Below are positions 1 to 9,048 of a DNA stretch of 64,000 bases, piece after piece (the stretch's first letter is position 1; every line of letters begins with the position of its first letter). The DNA is taken from the NCBI GenBank assembly GCA_965231215.1, contig OZ246423.1:1216001-1280000 (forward strand), in the 5' to 3' direction. This stretch comes from Candidatus Altimarinota bacterium (GTDB taxonomy: Bacteria > Patescibacteriota > Gracilibacteria > UBA4473). A program made the position numbers and the translations under genes. Below the pieces are notes generated by a model. The model was not told the origin of the DNA. It saw only the letters and a list, made by a program, of their open reading frames with translations, and ran no database searches.

Positions 1-2331
1 AGGGAGAGCCACTTCATCAGGGATAACTTCAGTTTGGGCCACTGGGAATTCGACCACATTGTTCTCCGCCATGGGAGCCACATTGGCTCGTCTGGCTTCT
101 AAGACAGCGTCAACATCAATTCCTTTCTCTCTTAGATTTCTCATTCTAGACTCAATTTGTTGATCCAAAAGATCGGCTTTGCGCCCACTAAGTCCATCTT
201 GTGATCTAAGTCTAATTACATTTTCTAATTCACTAACATCGGCTACTTCAGCACTAGATAAGTCCGCAACATCTTTTCTTAAGGTAGCCGCAGCCTCTAC
301 AGGAGGAACTTCTGCTCGTGCGGCGGTAACAGGGGCGGCATCTTCAATTTTCCCTGCATTAGGAACAGCTTCAGCACGGGCGGCATCTGCTACAACGGGT
401 ACGCTTTCTTCTAGTCTGGCAATAGCTCGTAAAGCTCTTGGCATTCGGCGACCAACTTTTAGTCCCTTAGTAGCCGCTTGAATACCAAAAGCGGTAAGAA
501 CAACTCCCGCTCCACCCAAGAAATAATCAGCCGTAGTTTTGTCTAATCTATAGTTTTCTGGCACCGCTCTAGTAGCTCTTAGAACGGCCATAGTGGTTTC
601 TGCATCAGAGAATGGATTTAAATCTCCAATATCGGCTACAAGTCCAGAGGCTGCCCCAGCATATGGAATTACTTGAAATCCAATAGCCGCTAGATAGGCC
701 TTCCAAACTTTAGCTTCAGTTTCTTGGTCTTCTCGACTTAAAAAATTAATATAAGGGACTTCTGCTCCTGGATCACTTGAAGCTCGTGCTAATTCGAGGC
801 CTTTTGATCGCCAGTCTTCTGGTAATTTTCCAGACTGAATAAGCTCCATTTCATGTTCAGCATCGCCGACATGAATTTTTTCTCCATCAATTTCAACAAC
901 CATTCTTTTCCCGATACTTCCGTTACCGGCAAAGAAAACATTGTCAATTTCCGAAGCCGGGACAGAAAAGAATTCATTGTTTAAAAAGCCTACCCCAGCT
1001 GATAAGTTCTCTCCTTCACGATTAGAGTAGGTCCAGTCTTGTCCCAGAACATTAGTCGGATCAAAATCAGGACTGGTTAACCCAGTTCGGGCATCAGCCA
1101 TAAAGTTTTTCATTTGCCAAGCCCAGGTTTGATCTTCATGTACGGCTCCAGTGCGCATTTTTTCTTCACTTTGAGCCAGTAGTGATTTTACAAATTCACT
1201 TTCCATAAAGGCTTTTTTTTCTGCTGGGTCACTCATTCGAACGATATTGTTTGAAGCGGTCATCACATCTTCAATATCGGATAGAGATTCTTGTAAACGT
1301 CGATTTATTTCCCATTTTCGATTTTGCCAGTCATCTCCAAAATCAGACTCCATTCCCTTAATAACGCTTGGAATAGCCTGTATTCGCTGTCCCACATACT
1401 TGCGTAGGTTTTCACGAATGATTTCTAGCTCGGCAGCACTCATATCAGAATTTTCTGGGAGTTTAAGATGTTGGTCTATGAAAGCGTTTGTATCGGTTAG
1501 CAGTGTTTCAAAGTCAAGCTCTAGACCTTCCCCTTTTTCTTTAAGCCTGTCAACTTGCTCAATAAGCGCTACGGCTTCTCGCCTAGAGAAACCAAGGGGC
1601 CTCATCTCTTCAACGGTTTTTTGGTGTTTTTCAGGAACTTCAACGGGACCGTCGATGATATCTCGGACATCAGCGACACTGATACTATGTGAGGCAGCAA
1701 CACTTTTTAGGGCCTTTTCATAGGCGGCTTGACGGTCTTTTAATGCATTTTCTTCAGCGGTGCTCCGAGCCATCCATAGCCCCGTGTCTTTGTTGTAAGC
1801 ATGAGCTTCAATTGATTCAAGAGACTGAGTGACCGCCGCAATTTCTTTTTCTAGATCACCAATGGCTTTCTCGGTTTCTTCAACCTTGGCTTCAGCAGTA
1901 GCTAGATCTTCTTTGAGCTTGGTTTCTTCGGCTTTTTGAGCCTCTAGCTGAGCTTCTAGTTCTTTGATTTTTTTCTCTAATTCGGTTCGATTTGTAGCGT
2001 CAGCATCCTCTGGAAGTTTACCTAAATCCCCTTTGGCTTTATCTAGATCCGTCTGAGTGGTTGTTATTTTGCCTTGTTGGCTTTCAAGCTCACTCTGGAT
2101 TCTTGTAGGCTCCCGTCTCAAATCTCTAAGTTCACGTTCTTTTGCAGTTTTGTCCTGGTTTGAGCCTTTTAAATCTTCTTTAAGTTCTTCTGAAGAACGA
2201 GTAAAATTCCGAAGAAATATCTGGGCATCCCTCAATTCGGATTTGCTTTTAATGTCGTCTGCATTAGGATCTTGAGCCTCTAAGGCTTGCAAGAATTCAC
2301 TCTTGATGGCTTCGTGATTGACTTCATTCAT
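1..2331 (-). CDS. Large hypothetical protein (partial, >777 aa, runs off the left edge); N-terminal coiled coil, later hydrophobic pre-toxin-like segment
   Basis: Not in the ORF track because it has no stop in the window. Manual translation from ATG at 2331 (MNEVNHEAIKSEFLQALEAQDP...) appears open to base 1. A TTGGCA/TATAAT promoter-like pair lies upstream on the minus strand. Confidence 0.8.
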   Translation of the reverse strand, partial: MNEVNHEAIKSEFLQALEAQDPNADDIKSKSELRDAQIFLRNFTRSSEELKEDLKGSNQDKTAKERELRDLRREPTRIQSELESQQGKITTTQTDLDKAKGDLGKLPEDADATNRTELEKKIKELEAQLEAQKAEETKLKEDLATAEAKVEETEKAIGDLEKEIAAVTQSLESIEAHAYNKDTGLWMARSTAEENALKDRQAAYEKALKSVAASHSISVADVRDIIDGPVEVPEKHQKTVEEMRPLGFSRREAVALIEQVDRLKEKGEGLELDFETLLTDTNAFIDQHLKLPENSDMSAAELEIIRENLRKYVGQRIQAIPSVIKGMESDFGDDWQNRKWEINRRLQESLSDIEDVMTASNNIVRMSDPAEKKAFMESEFVKSLLAQSEEKMRTGAVHEDQTWAWQMKNFMADARTGLTSPDFDPTNVLGQDWTYSNREGENLSAGVGFLNNEFFSVPASEIDNVFFAGNGSIGKRMVVEIDGEKIHVGDAEHEMELIQSGKLPEDWRSKGLELARASSDPGAEVPYINFLSREDQETEAKVWKAYLAAIGFQVIPYAGAASGLVADIGDLNPFSDAETTMAVLRATRAVPENYRLDKTTADYFLGGAGVVLTAFGIQAATKGLKVGRRMPRALRAIARLEESVPVVADAARAEAVPNAGKIEDAAPVTAARAEVPPVEAAATLRKDVADLSSAEVADVSELENVIRLRSQDGLSGRKADLLDQQIESRMRNLREKGIDVDAVLEARRANVAPMAENNVVEFPVAQTEVIPDEVALP

Positions 2332-2444
2332 GTGAAAATTTTTTGCGAAAAATCTTATTATTATATCACAAAACCAGAGAAAATGCCAATCTGTTTGATG
2401 ATTTTACTAGCTTTGAATAGAATTTTGCTGAAATAAATTTAAAT

Positions 2445-3857
2445 ATGGATTTAGAAGTAATTATCGGTCTTGAAATTCACGCGCAGTTGGCGACTAAAAG
2501 TAAGCTCTTTTGTGGGTGTGATAATGATGCCTTTGGAGCCAAACCTAATACCCGAGTTTGCCCAGTGTGTATGGGGTTTCCAGGGATGTTGCCGGTACTG
2601 AATCAAGACGCTTTAGATAAAGGGGTTAGAGGGGCTGCAGCGCTCGGATGTGAGATCAAACCATTTTCCAAATTTGATCGTAAAAATTACTTTTATCCGG
2701 ATCTCCCAAATGGGTTCCAGATTTCACAATTTGATCAACCTATTTCAGAGAATGGTCGGGTTGATGTTGAGCTAGAAGATGGTGTGAAAAGTATTGGAAT
2801 TACCCGAGTCCATCTAGAAAATGATGCGGGCAAATTAACCCATACCCAAAACGGGACTTTATGTGATTATAATCGAGCGGGAACGCCTTTAGTGGAGATT
2901 GTAACCGAACCGGATATGCGGTCTCCTGAAGAAGCTCGGATACTGGCTCAAGAGATTCAAAAAATTCTAAGAACCGTAGGGGCTTCAGACGCTGATATGG
3001 AAAAGGGAATGATGCGTTTTGACGCGTCTATTTCACTCCGCCCAAGAGGGGAGGATAAGCTCTATCCACGAACTGAAATTAAAAATCTAAACTCGTTTAC
3101 TTCCCTCTTTAAAGCCCTTAAATACGAACTAAAAAAACAGACTAAATCTTGGGCAGAAAATGGACCCCCAACAGGAGAGGTAACCGTTGGATGGGTTGAT
3201 GATCAAGAAGTTACTAAGCTCCTGAGAGACAAGGAATCGGCTACAGATTACCGGTATTTTCCAGAGCCAGATTTACCTCCTGTAACTTTCTCAGAGAAAG
3301 AAATTAAAACCATTCTTGAGGCAATTCCAGAGCTTCCCTTAGCTCGAAAAAATAGATATGTAAAGGAGCTCAATTTAACTCAGGCTGAAGCCTTAAAAAT
3401 TGCAGAAGAGCCAGCGCTCTATGAATTTTATGAGGCGGCTGTGAAACGAGGGAAAAATCCTAAAAAAATGGCGAACCTGTTTTTGTCTGTAGTCCTAGCA
3501 GAAACTCACTGGGAACAGTCTTCCATTACGCCAACACACCTAGCTGATACCTTTAGACTTCAAGAAGAGGGTCGGATTTCTTCTACTGGTGCCAAAGAAA
3601 TTATTTTAGAAGCTATGAAAACCGGAGAAAAAGCCGAAGATATAATGGAAGAACTAGGATTAGAACAAAAGTCTGATAGCAGTGAAATTGAAGCGTGGGT
3701 AGATGAAGTTATGGCCGAAAATCCTAAGGTTGTAGAAGATATAAAAGGAGGCAAAGACAAAGGGATTCAATTCCTTATGGGACAGGTGATGAAAAAATCT
3801 AAAGGAGCCGCAAACCCGCCAATGGTAATGCAGATGCTCAAACAAAAACTGGGTTAA
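2445..3857 (+). CDS. gatB: Asp-tRNA(Asn)/Glu-tRNA(Gln) amidotransferase subunit B
   Basis: IGLEIHAQL, FDRKNYFYPDLP, DYNRAGTPLVEIVTEPD, YRYFPEPDLPP, FLMGQVMK motifs. Confidence 0.98.
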   Translation: MDLEVIIGLEIHAQLATKSKLFCGCDNDAFGAKPNTRVCPVCMGFPGMLPVLNQDALDKGVRGAAALGCEIKPFSKFDRKNYFYPDLPNGFQISQFDQPISENGRVDVELEDGVKSIGITRVHLENDAGKLTHTQNGTLCDYNRAGTPLVEIVTEPDMRSPEEARILAQEIQKILRTVGASDADMEKGMMRFDASISLRPRGEDKLYPRTEIKNLNSFTSLFKALKYELKKQTKSWAENGPPTGEVTVGWVDDQEVTKLLRDKESATDYRYFPEPDLPPVTFSEKEIKTILEAIPELPLARKNRYVKELNLTQAEALKIAEEPALYEFYEAAVKRGKNPKKMANLFLSVVLAETHWEQSSITPTHLADTFRLQEEGRISSTGAKEIILEAMKTGEKAEDIMEELGLEQKSDSSEIEAWVDEVMAENPKVVEDIKGGKDKGIQFLMGQVMKKSKGAANPPMVMQMLKQKLG

Positions 3858-3926
3858 AACATTTAAATTTGCCTCATAGATAAAAAAAGCCTACAAAAGC
3901 ACTAAATTTTGTGATATAATTACACT

Positions 3927-4154
3927 ATGGATTACATTATTGCCAACGCTAAAGAAATTATGATGCTCTGTTTTGGAGTGGGGTTTGTAATTTTGATATT
4001 GGTGGTGAGTAGATCATTGATTATTGCGACACGGTTAATGAAAAAAATAGATGATCTCACCGACCTAACTATTCATTATATCAACAAGCCGTTATCTTTG
4101 GTTGTGCAAGCAGAAAAAAGTATTAACAAATTTCTGAAAAAACTGAATAAATAG
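3927..4154 (+). CDS. Small single-TM membrane protein
   Basis: Hydrophobic N-terminal helix followed by an amphipathic helix; TATAAT 6 nt upstream of ATG. Confidence 0.7.
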   Translation: MDYIIANAKEIMMLCFGVGFVILILVVSRSLIIATRLMKKIDDLTDLTIHYINKPLSLVVQAEKSINKFLKKLNK

Positions 4155-4239
4155 GACCTTTAGGCAGCGTAATACTGAATATGAAGTTCAAATTAATTCG
4201 CCTTATCGACGAATTTTTTTATAATTGTAAAAAAAACAC

Positions 4240-4893
4240 ATGCATAAAAAATCAGGTTTTACCCTTATCGAGGTCTTAGTAGTAATTGTTATCGTTGGTA
4301 TTTTAAGTATCATCGCTTACCCGCTCACCCTCGGACAAAAAGAAAGAAGCGAAGTGGTTGAGCTTCAGGGAAGTAGTTCTTCCCACTGGCGAAAAATGGC
4401 AGCGGAATGTACAACCAATGAAAACTTTGATGATTGTCGTTCAATTCTTGATGCTTCCCTTTATAGCGGAGCAAATTCAAAGAGAATGACGGTTTATTTA
4501 GATGTTTTCCCTCGTAGTGGTATTGGGCTTTTGAGCAATAGTAATTTTAGAATTTTTGGAAGCAATGATTCACGAGGAACTAGTAACGAAGTATATACAG
4601 AAGTGGGAGGTAGTTATGATTTTACCCCTTCGGGCAGTGGAGGCGGTTATTTTACTATTGATAGCAATGATTTCACTGGAGGCGAGAAGTATAGTTTAGT
4701 TTTTGATCTTACTCAGACTTCAGGTGGGATTTGGGCTCGGACTTATTTAGACGGGATGAATAAACTAAATACTGTAATTCCAGGGACATTAGACCACTCA
4801 AATCAGTCTCTAACGATGGGACAATGGAACAACGGAATTGAAACACAATCGCTTGATGGACGATTTGATATTCGTGGAATTTTGATGGAATAA
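4240..4893 (+). CDS. Type IV pilin-like protein with possible LamG/ConA-like C-terminal domain
   Basis: Class III signal KKSG|FTLIEVLVVIVIVGILSIIA; C-terminal pattern (RTYLDG...LTMGQW...LDGRFD) resembles LamG folds. Confidence 0.85.
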   Translation: MHKKSGFTLIEVLVVIVIVGILSIIAYPLTLGQKERSEVVELQGSSSSHWRKMAAECTTNENFDDCRSILDASLYSGANSKRMTVYLDVFPRSGIGLLSNSNFRIFGSNDSRGTSNEVYTEVGGSYDFTPSGSGGGYFTIDSNDFTGGEKYSLVFDLTQTSGGIWARTYLDGMNKLNTVIPGTLDHSNQSLTMGQWNNGIETQSLDGRFDIRGILME

Positions 4894-4926
4894 AAAAATT
4901 CCAACAGGAACTGAGATTAGGTTAAG

Positions 4927-5068
4927 TGGCGGAGAGACAGGGATTACTCAATTCGTTTTAAATTTCGTTTAGCGTGACGTCGTTGTTCGCTTAGAAAATA
5001 TCCCGAAATACGGGATGCTTTCACGCTTACGGCCTCGTATCGAACCCCTCTTTCAGATACGGGTTCTC
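4927..5068 (-). repeat. Duplicated tRNA-Ser 3' end, interrupted in the T-loop by a ~95-nt structured insert
   Basis: tggcggagagacagggatt (4927-4945) matches 5121-5139 with one mismatch. tcgaaccc resumes at 5040-5047. Internal hairpin atcccg-aaata-cgggat at 5000-5016. Confidence 0.7.
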
Positions 5069-5087
5069 ATACCTTCCGAGTTATTTG

Positions 5088-5116
5088 AAAAAATCAGGCA
5101 TAAGCCTGATATTTTT
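5088..5116 (-). terminator. Intrinsic terminator downstream of tRNA-Ser
   Basis: atcaggc-ataa-gcctgat stem flanked by A/T tracts. Confidence 0.75.
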
Positions 5117-5120
5117 AAAA

Positions 5121-5210
5121 TGGCGGAGGGACAGGGATTCGAACCCTGGAGACGATTGCTCGCCTAATGGTTTTCAAGACCACCGCATTCGACCACTCTG
5201 CCATCCCTCC
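5121..5210 (-). tRNA. tRNA-Ser (anticodon TGA)
   Basis: Reverse complement GGAGGGATGGCAGAGTGGTCGAATGCGGTGGTCTTGAAAACC...GGTTCGAATCCCTGTCCCTCCGCCA; long variable arm, encoded CCA. Confidence 0.97.
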
Positions 5211-5310
5211 GTCGAAGCCAAAGGATTGTAAAAATTTCGTGATCAAGTGCAACCTATTTTGGTTATTGTTTTTAAATGTGTTAGATTTATTGAAGACACA
5301 AAAATAATCC

Positions 5311-5466
5311 ATGGCTGAACTCAAAACTAAAAAGAACAATACAGATGTCAAAAAATTTATTGAAAGTGTGGATCATCCACAAAAACAAGCAGATGCTTTT
5401 TTGCTAAGTCAAAATTCATGCAAAATTAATCTAAAATTAAAGACTGTATTTTTTAAGGCTTATTAA
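5311..5466 (+). pseudogene. Truncated fragment resembling the N-terminus of DUF1801-family proteins
   Basis: MAELKTKKNNTDVKKFIESVDHPQKQADAF, then unrelated-looking sequence and a stop after 51 aa. Confidence 0.5.
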
Positions 5467-5520
5467 AAATTAGAATTAGCTGATTTTTTCAAATTACCTG
5501 TCTCTTTTAATCTCTCATAC

Positions 5521-6078
5521 TTATTTTGATTTTTTTTGTTTAGGTACTGTATATTTGTAGATGAAAGTTTTGGCTCTGAATCCTGGGAACTTTTCAGTTT
5601 TACCATCCCAAGATTCAAAAGAAAATACATAAGAAACAATTCTAGTACCGGATTTTAGTTCTTTTTTGAATTTATTTTTTAGGGCTTTGTTAAGACTCTC
5701 TTTCATGGCGAAAGTGTAGAGGCAATCGGCTTTGGACAAATCTTCCCAGAATAGATTTTTCCACTTAATTTTTAGATTTTTACCTGGATAAAATAAACTT
5801 TTAATTTTAGCCGTAACATAGAGCGGAAAAGCCATCTCTAAGCCTATGATCTGTGTGTTAGGATTGTTTTTGGCTAGGTGAATTGAGACTCTTCCGTCTC
5901 CACAGCCTAATTCATAAAATACTTCGCCAGGCTTGAGTTTGCAGATTTGGTTCACCTTTTCTAGATCATTTTTTCGAGTAGGGAAAAAAGGAGCAATAAC
6001 CCAAATAAAAGAAATCAAAGCCACCATACAAAGGAAAAATAAGGTAAGCCAAACAAATTGGGGGATGAGGTCAAACAT
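5521..6078 (-). CDS. Membrane-anchored class I SAM-dependent methyltransferase
   Basis: N-terminal TM, APFFPT, motif I YELGCGDGR, GTRIVSY. Confidence 0.9.
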   Translation of the reverse strand: MFDLIPQFVWLTLFFLCMVALISFIWVIAPFFPTRKNDLEKVNQICKLKPGEVFYELGCGDGRVSIHLAKNNPNTQIIGLEMAFPLYVTAKIKSLFYPGKNLKIKWKNLFWEDLSKADCLYTFAMKESLNKALKNKFKKELKSGTRIVSYVFSFESWDGKTEKFPGFRAKTFIYKYTVPKQKKSK

Positions 6079-6118
6079 ACTATTAAATTATCCTTATTGT
6101 TTAAAACTACACCAATGT

Positions 6119-8419
6119 TTATGACTGTTTTTGTTTTAACAGCTCTTGTGGCTTGGTCGTCACAATTTTGTGTTCTCCGTAACTGGCGATGATCTGAATA
6201 GCCACGTGTTGGTTCCCGGCAAAGAAAAGTCCTTGTCCCACATTGGAATTGAGCAGTAAATATTTTTCCTGTTCGGTCAGGTTAAAGACCTTTTTAAGCA
6301 TCTCCATCGAAGAAGGCGCTTGTTTTAAAAGCAGTTGCATTGAAGAATTGGTAATAATGGGTTTGCCCCAAGGGGAGTGTAGAAAGTCTTCTACATCTTG
6401 AGTAATAGTAGAGATTCCAAGGTAGTATTTTCGAGCTCGTTTACAGAGGTTGTGCAAGAATCTTCCAGAATCATCATACTGTACGACATTCCAGGCCTCA
6501 TCTATTACGAGTAATCGTCGCTTCATCTGCGATCGTACGCGGTTCCAAATGTAGTTTAGTAGTATGTACATGGAAATAGGTCTCAGGCGATCTTCTAAAT
6601 CACGAATTCCAAAACAAACTAATCCAGACTTGAGATCTACATTTGTTTGGTCAGAAAATAACCCTGAAAAAGTTCCTTCTGTATATTTTTCGAGTCTCAT
6701 AGCGAGGCTTTTCCCGCCCACCATAGAGTCTAGAACACTTTGAAGATCTCTCATAGTTGGCATTTCGTATTCATATGGATTTTTAACTTCTGAGGTAATC
6801 CCTTTAATTTCATAACTTTGATATAGAGCCTTATCCATAAGACTTTCTTCCTCTGGCGTCATTTTCCCAAGCATGAGGTTCATAAGTCCCGCAAGGTTTA
6901 TGATGTTTTCTCGCAGTAAGGTTTCGGTGTTGTCTTCCTCTGGATCAATAGGAAGCGGAAGATCAAAAGGATTAATCCTATGATCTGAATTCAGGGATAT
7001 GTTGATGTACGTGCCGCCAATGGTATGAGTAAGTGTTTCGTATTCCTTTTCTGGATCCAAAATAATAACATCAGTTCCCACCATCATAGATCGGAGTACC
7101 TCTAATTTTACAGCATAAGATTTTCCAGCCCCTGACTTGGCAAAAATAACCGAATTGGCATTCTCAAGATTAAACCGGTCAAAAATGATCAAAGAATTAT
7201 TATGCCGGTTAAGGCCGTATAAGATGCCTTCATTTGAGGTTAAAGTTGAAGACACAAACGGAAAAGTAGTAGAAAGCGGAGAAGTATTCATATTTCCGTA
7301 GATATACAAGTCATCAGTACATTGCGGAAGGGTAGAATTAAACCCACGTTCTGTCTGAAATTCAGAAGGACGACTCATCACCAGTAGACCGCCCAAAATA
7401 GTTTCTACTTGTTTAGTAATCAGATCTAGTTTTTCTTGAGACTCAGCATAAACCGTAAAGTAAATCCCTACTTGAAAGAATCTTTCCTTGCCTCTTTGCA
7501 GATCTACTCGGAGTTGTTCAGCATCCTCAAGAGCCGTGTCCAGACTAGTGTCATTAGTGATGCCTTTGTCTTCACGCATATGTTTTGTGGCTCGCATTTC
7601 AGTCACTTTTTTTCTTAGTATCCGCATCATTCTGGATGAGTCTGTTGGATAGATAAACATAGAGATATCCATTGTCGCATCAAAATTAATGATTTGATTG
7701 AGCCAGTTACTTTCTAGATACCGCGGATAATTAAAAACATAATAAGTTCTTACATGCGTATTGCTCAGCTCCAGCTTTCTTGGAGAAATCTCCATAGAAC
7801 TTGGAGCAATAAGGTCTTTGATATTTATCACGCCTTCGTTATAAAATTTTTCTGCGGCGATAATTTTCTTCCGTATTTCTGGGGTGAGTTTCTTTTTATC
7901 TTTTTTGGGGTCGTAGTTTTCAAAGAGCTCCTTAAGAGCCTCATCTTCAGGTTCTGCCTTTTGAGCGGTTTGAGGGTTTTCTTTGAGGGCTTTATTTTTT
8001 TTGGCGATGGCTTTGTTTTTAGCCACATGGGCGGCCCATCGAGCTTTTAGATTCCCAAAAACCCCGCCGGATTTTTGAGCCTCAGGCTTTGGGTTTTGGT
8101 TGGTAGAAGTCTCTGGTGCTTTAGGCGTGGATTCTTGGACGACAGATGTCTGAGCATAAGGAATTTGATTTTCTACGGATTCAGTTTTAAGAGGACTGAG
8201 CGGAGAAACCTTTTTGGCCGGGGCTTCGGTTAGGGTGGTTTTTACCGTTATATTTTCTGCTGGAGCCGGGTTAGGCGTTTGGTCTTTTGGAGGCGGTGAA
8301 GCTGGTGTCTGCTCTGAGGCACTGGCTTGGTTTTGTAGGTCTTTAAGCGTAACAAAACCTTGTGTAGAACCATTACTGGCACCAGCTTGGGTGTTCGAAT
8401 TTGTATTTTTGTCAGGCAT
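6119..8419 (-). CDS. VirB4/TraG-like (DUF87) secretion ATPase with a low-complexity N-terminal extension
   Basis: Walker A AKSGAGKS, ILDPEKEY, INPFDL, Walker B LLVIDEAW, RARKY...TQ. Start moved to ATG 8419 because a promoter lies just upstream. Confidence 0.92.
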   Translation of the reverse strand: MPDKNTNSNTQAGASNGSTQGFVTLKDLQNQASASEQTPASPPPKDQTPNPAPAENITVKTTLTEAPAKKVSPLSPLKTESVENQIPYAQTSVVQESTPKAPETSTNQNPKPEAQKSGGVFGNLKARWAAHVAKNKAIAKKNKALKENPQTAQKAEPEDEALKELFENYDPKKDKKKLTPEIRKKIIAAEKFYNEGVINIKDLIAPSSMEISPRKLELSNTHVRTYYVFNYPRYLESNWLNQIINFDATMDISMFIYPTDSSRMMRILRKKVTEMRATKHMREDKGITNDTSLDTALEDAEQLRVDLQRGKERFFQVGIYFTVYAESQEKLDLITKQVETILGGLLVMSRPSEFQTERGFNSTLPQCTDDLYIYGNMNTSPLSTTFPFVSSTLTSNEGILYGLNRHNNSLIIFDRFNLENANSVIFAKSGAGKSYAVKLEVLRSMMVGTDVIILDPEKEYETLTHTIGGTYINISLNSDHRINPFDLPLPIDPEEDNTETLLRENIINLAGLMNLMLGKMTPEEESLMDKALYQSYEIKGITSEVKNPYEYEMPTMRDLQSVLDSMVGGKSLAMRLEKYTEGTFSGLFSDQTNVDLKSGLVCFGIRDLEDRLRPISMYILLNYIWNRVRSQMKRRLLVIDEAWNVVQYDDSGRFLHNLCKRARKYYLGISTITQDVEDFLHSPWGKPIITNSSMQLLLKQAPSSMEMLKKVFNLTEQEKYLLLNSNVGQGLFFAGNQHVAIQIIASYGEHKIVTTKPQELLKQKQS

Positions 8420-8428
8420 AATCTGGTT

Positions 8429-8457
8429 ATTATACCTCAAAATAGCGGCTTTTTCAA
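8429..8457 (-). promoter_or_regulatory. Sigma70-type promoter of the VirB4-like gene
   Basis: TTGAAA-17 nt-TATAAT, 9 nt before ATG. Confidence 0.7.
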
Positions 8458-8549
8458 TGCGGAGGGTTTGCAAAAACAAAGAAATATTTTTTTTAAAACA
8501 TTCTATAGATAGAAAAACAATAGATCAAAGGTTGGATTTTTAAAATTTA

Positions 8550-8902
8550 TAAAAAAAACGTGAACCATTTTTCCCATATAACAGAGGGGTGATCCACGTT
8601 TTTTAGTTCTCCAATTTTGTCTTCCTGTAATCGATTTTTTTTAAGCGGATTACACGCTTTTTGTATTTATTTTTGTTTGGTGGGTGTTTTTTAATAACAG
8701 ATCAAAAGCAAGGCGCTCTAAATTAATAGAGATGGCTTTCTCTCTGATGTCTCAAGCTTAACGTTTGAGAAAGGGGAGAGGAAGACCAGGAGAAAACTCG
8801 ACTCTAACGAATTCCGTCAAAATCCCAATATGGTGATCGGTCGCCAAAGTCGAGATTCCTCCCGGGGGGAATTTCAAAAGTATGCAAAATTCTCAAAGAA
8901 CA
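8550..8902 (-). ncRNA. Candidate structured non-coding RNA
   Basis: Promoter-like TTGATT...TGGTACAAT at ~8907-8936, several stems (8786-8803/8848-8865, 8831-8846, 8750-8770), terminator-like stem plus T-run near 8550-8604, no ORF >=60 aa. Confidence 0.4.
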
Positions 8903-9048
8903 GGCCATTGTACCAGAAAAATAACTAAAAATCAAAGGTTTTAATTTAAAATCTTAAAATATTGTTGGAAGGCGATTTTTTATAGGTGGCTGTCTTGTTT
9001 TTATGATAAAATTTCGATATAATGAAAGGAATATAAAAATAAAAATTC

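Noticed and set aside
179-2275. ORF-track entries 179-481, 789-977, 1247-1723 and 2057-2275
   Set aside because: Shadow frames of the long minus-strand ORF 1-2331
4927-5068. Second functional, intron-containing tRNA
   Set aside because: No anticodon or D arm and no complementary 5' acceptor strand found beyond the T-arm remnant
5115-5351. 78-aa minus-strand ORF
   Set aside because: Overlaps tRNA-Ser; it is a translation of the tRNA sequence
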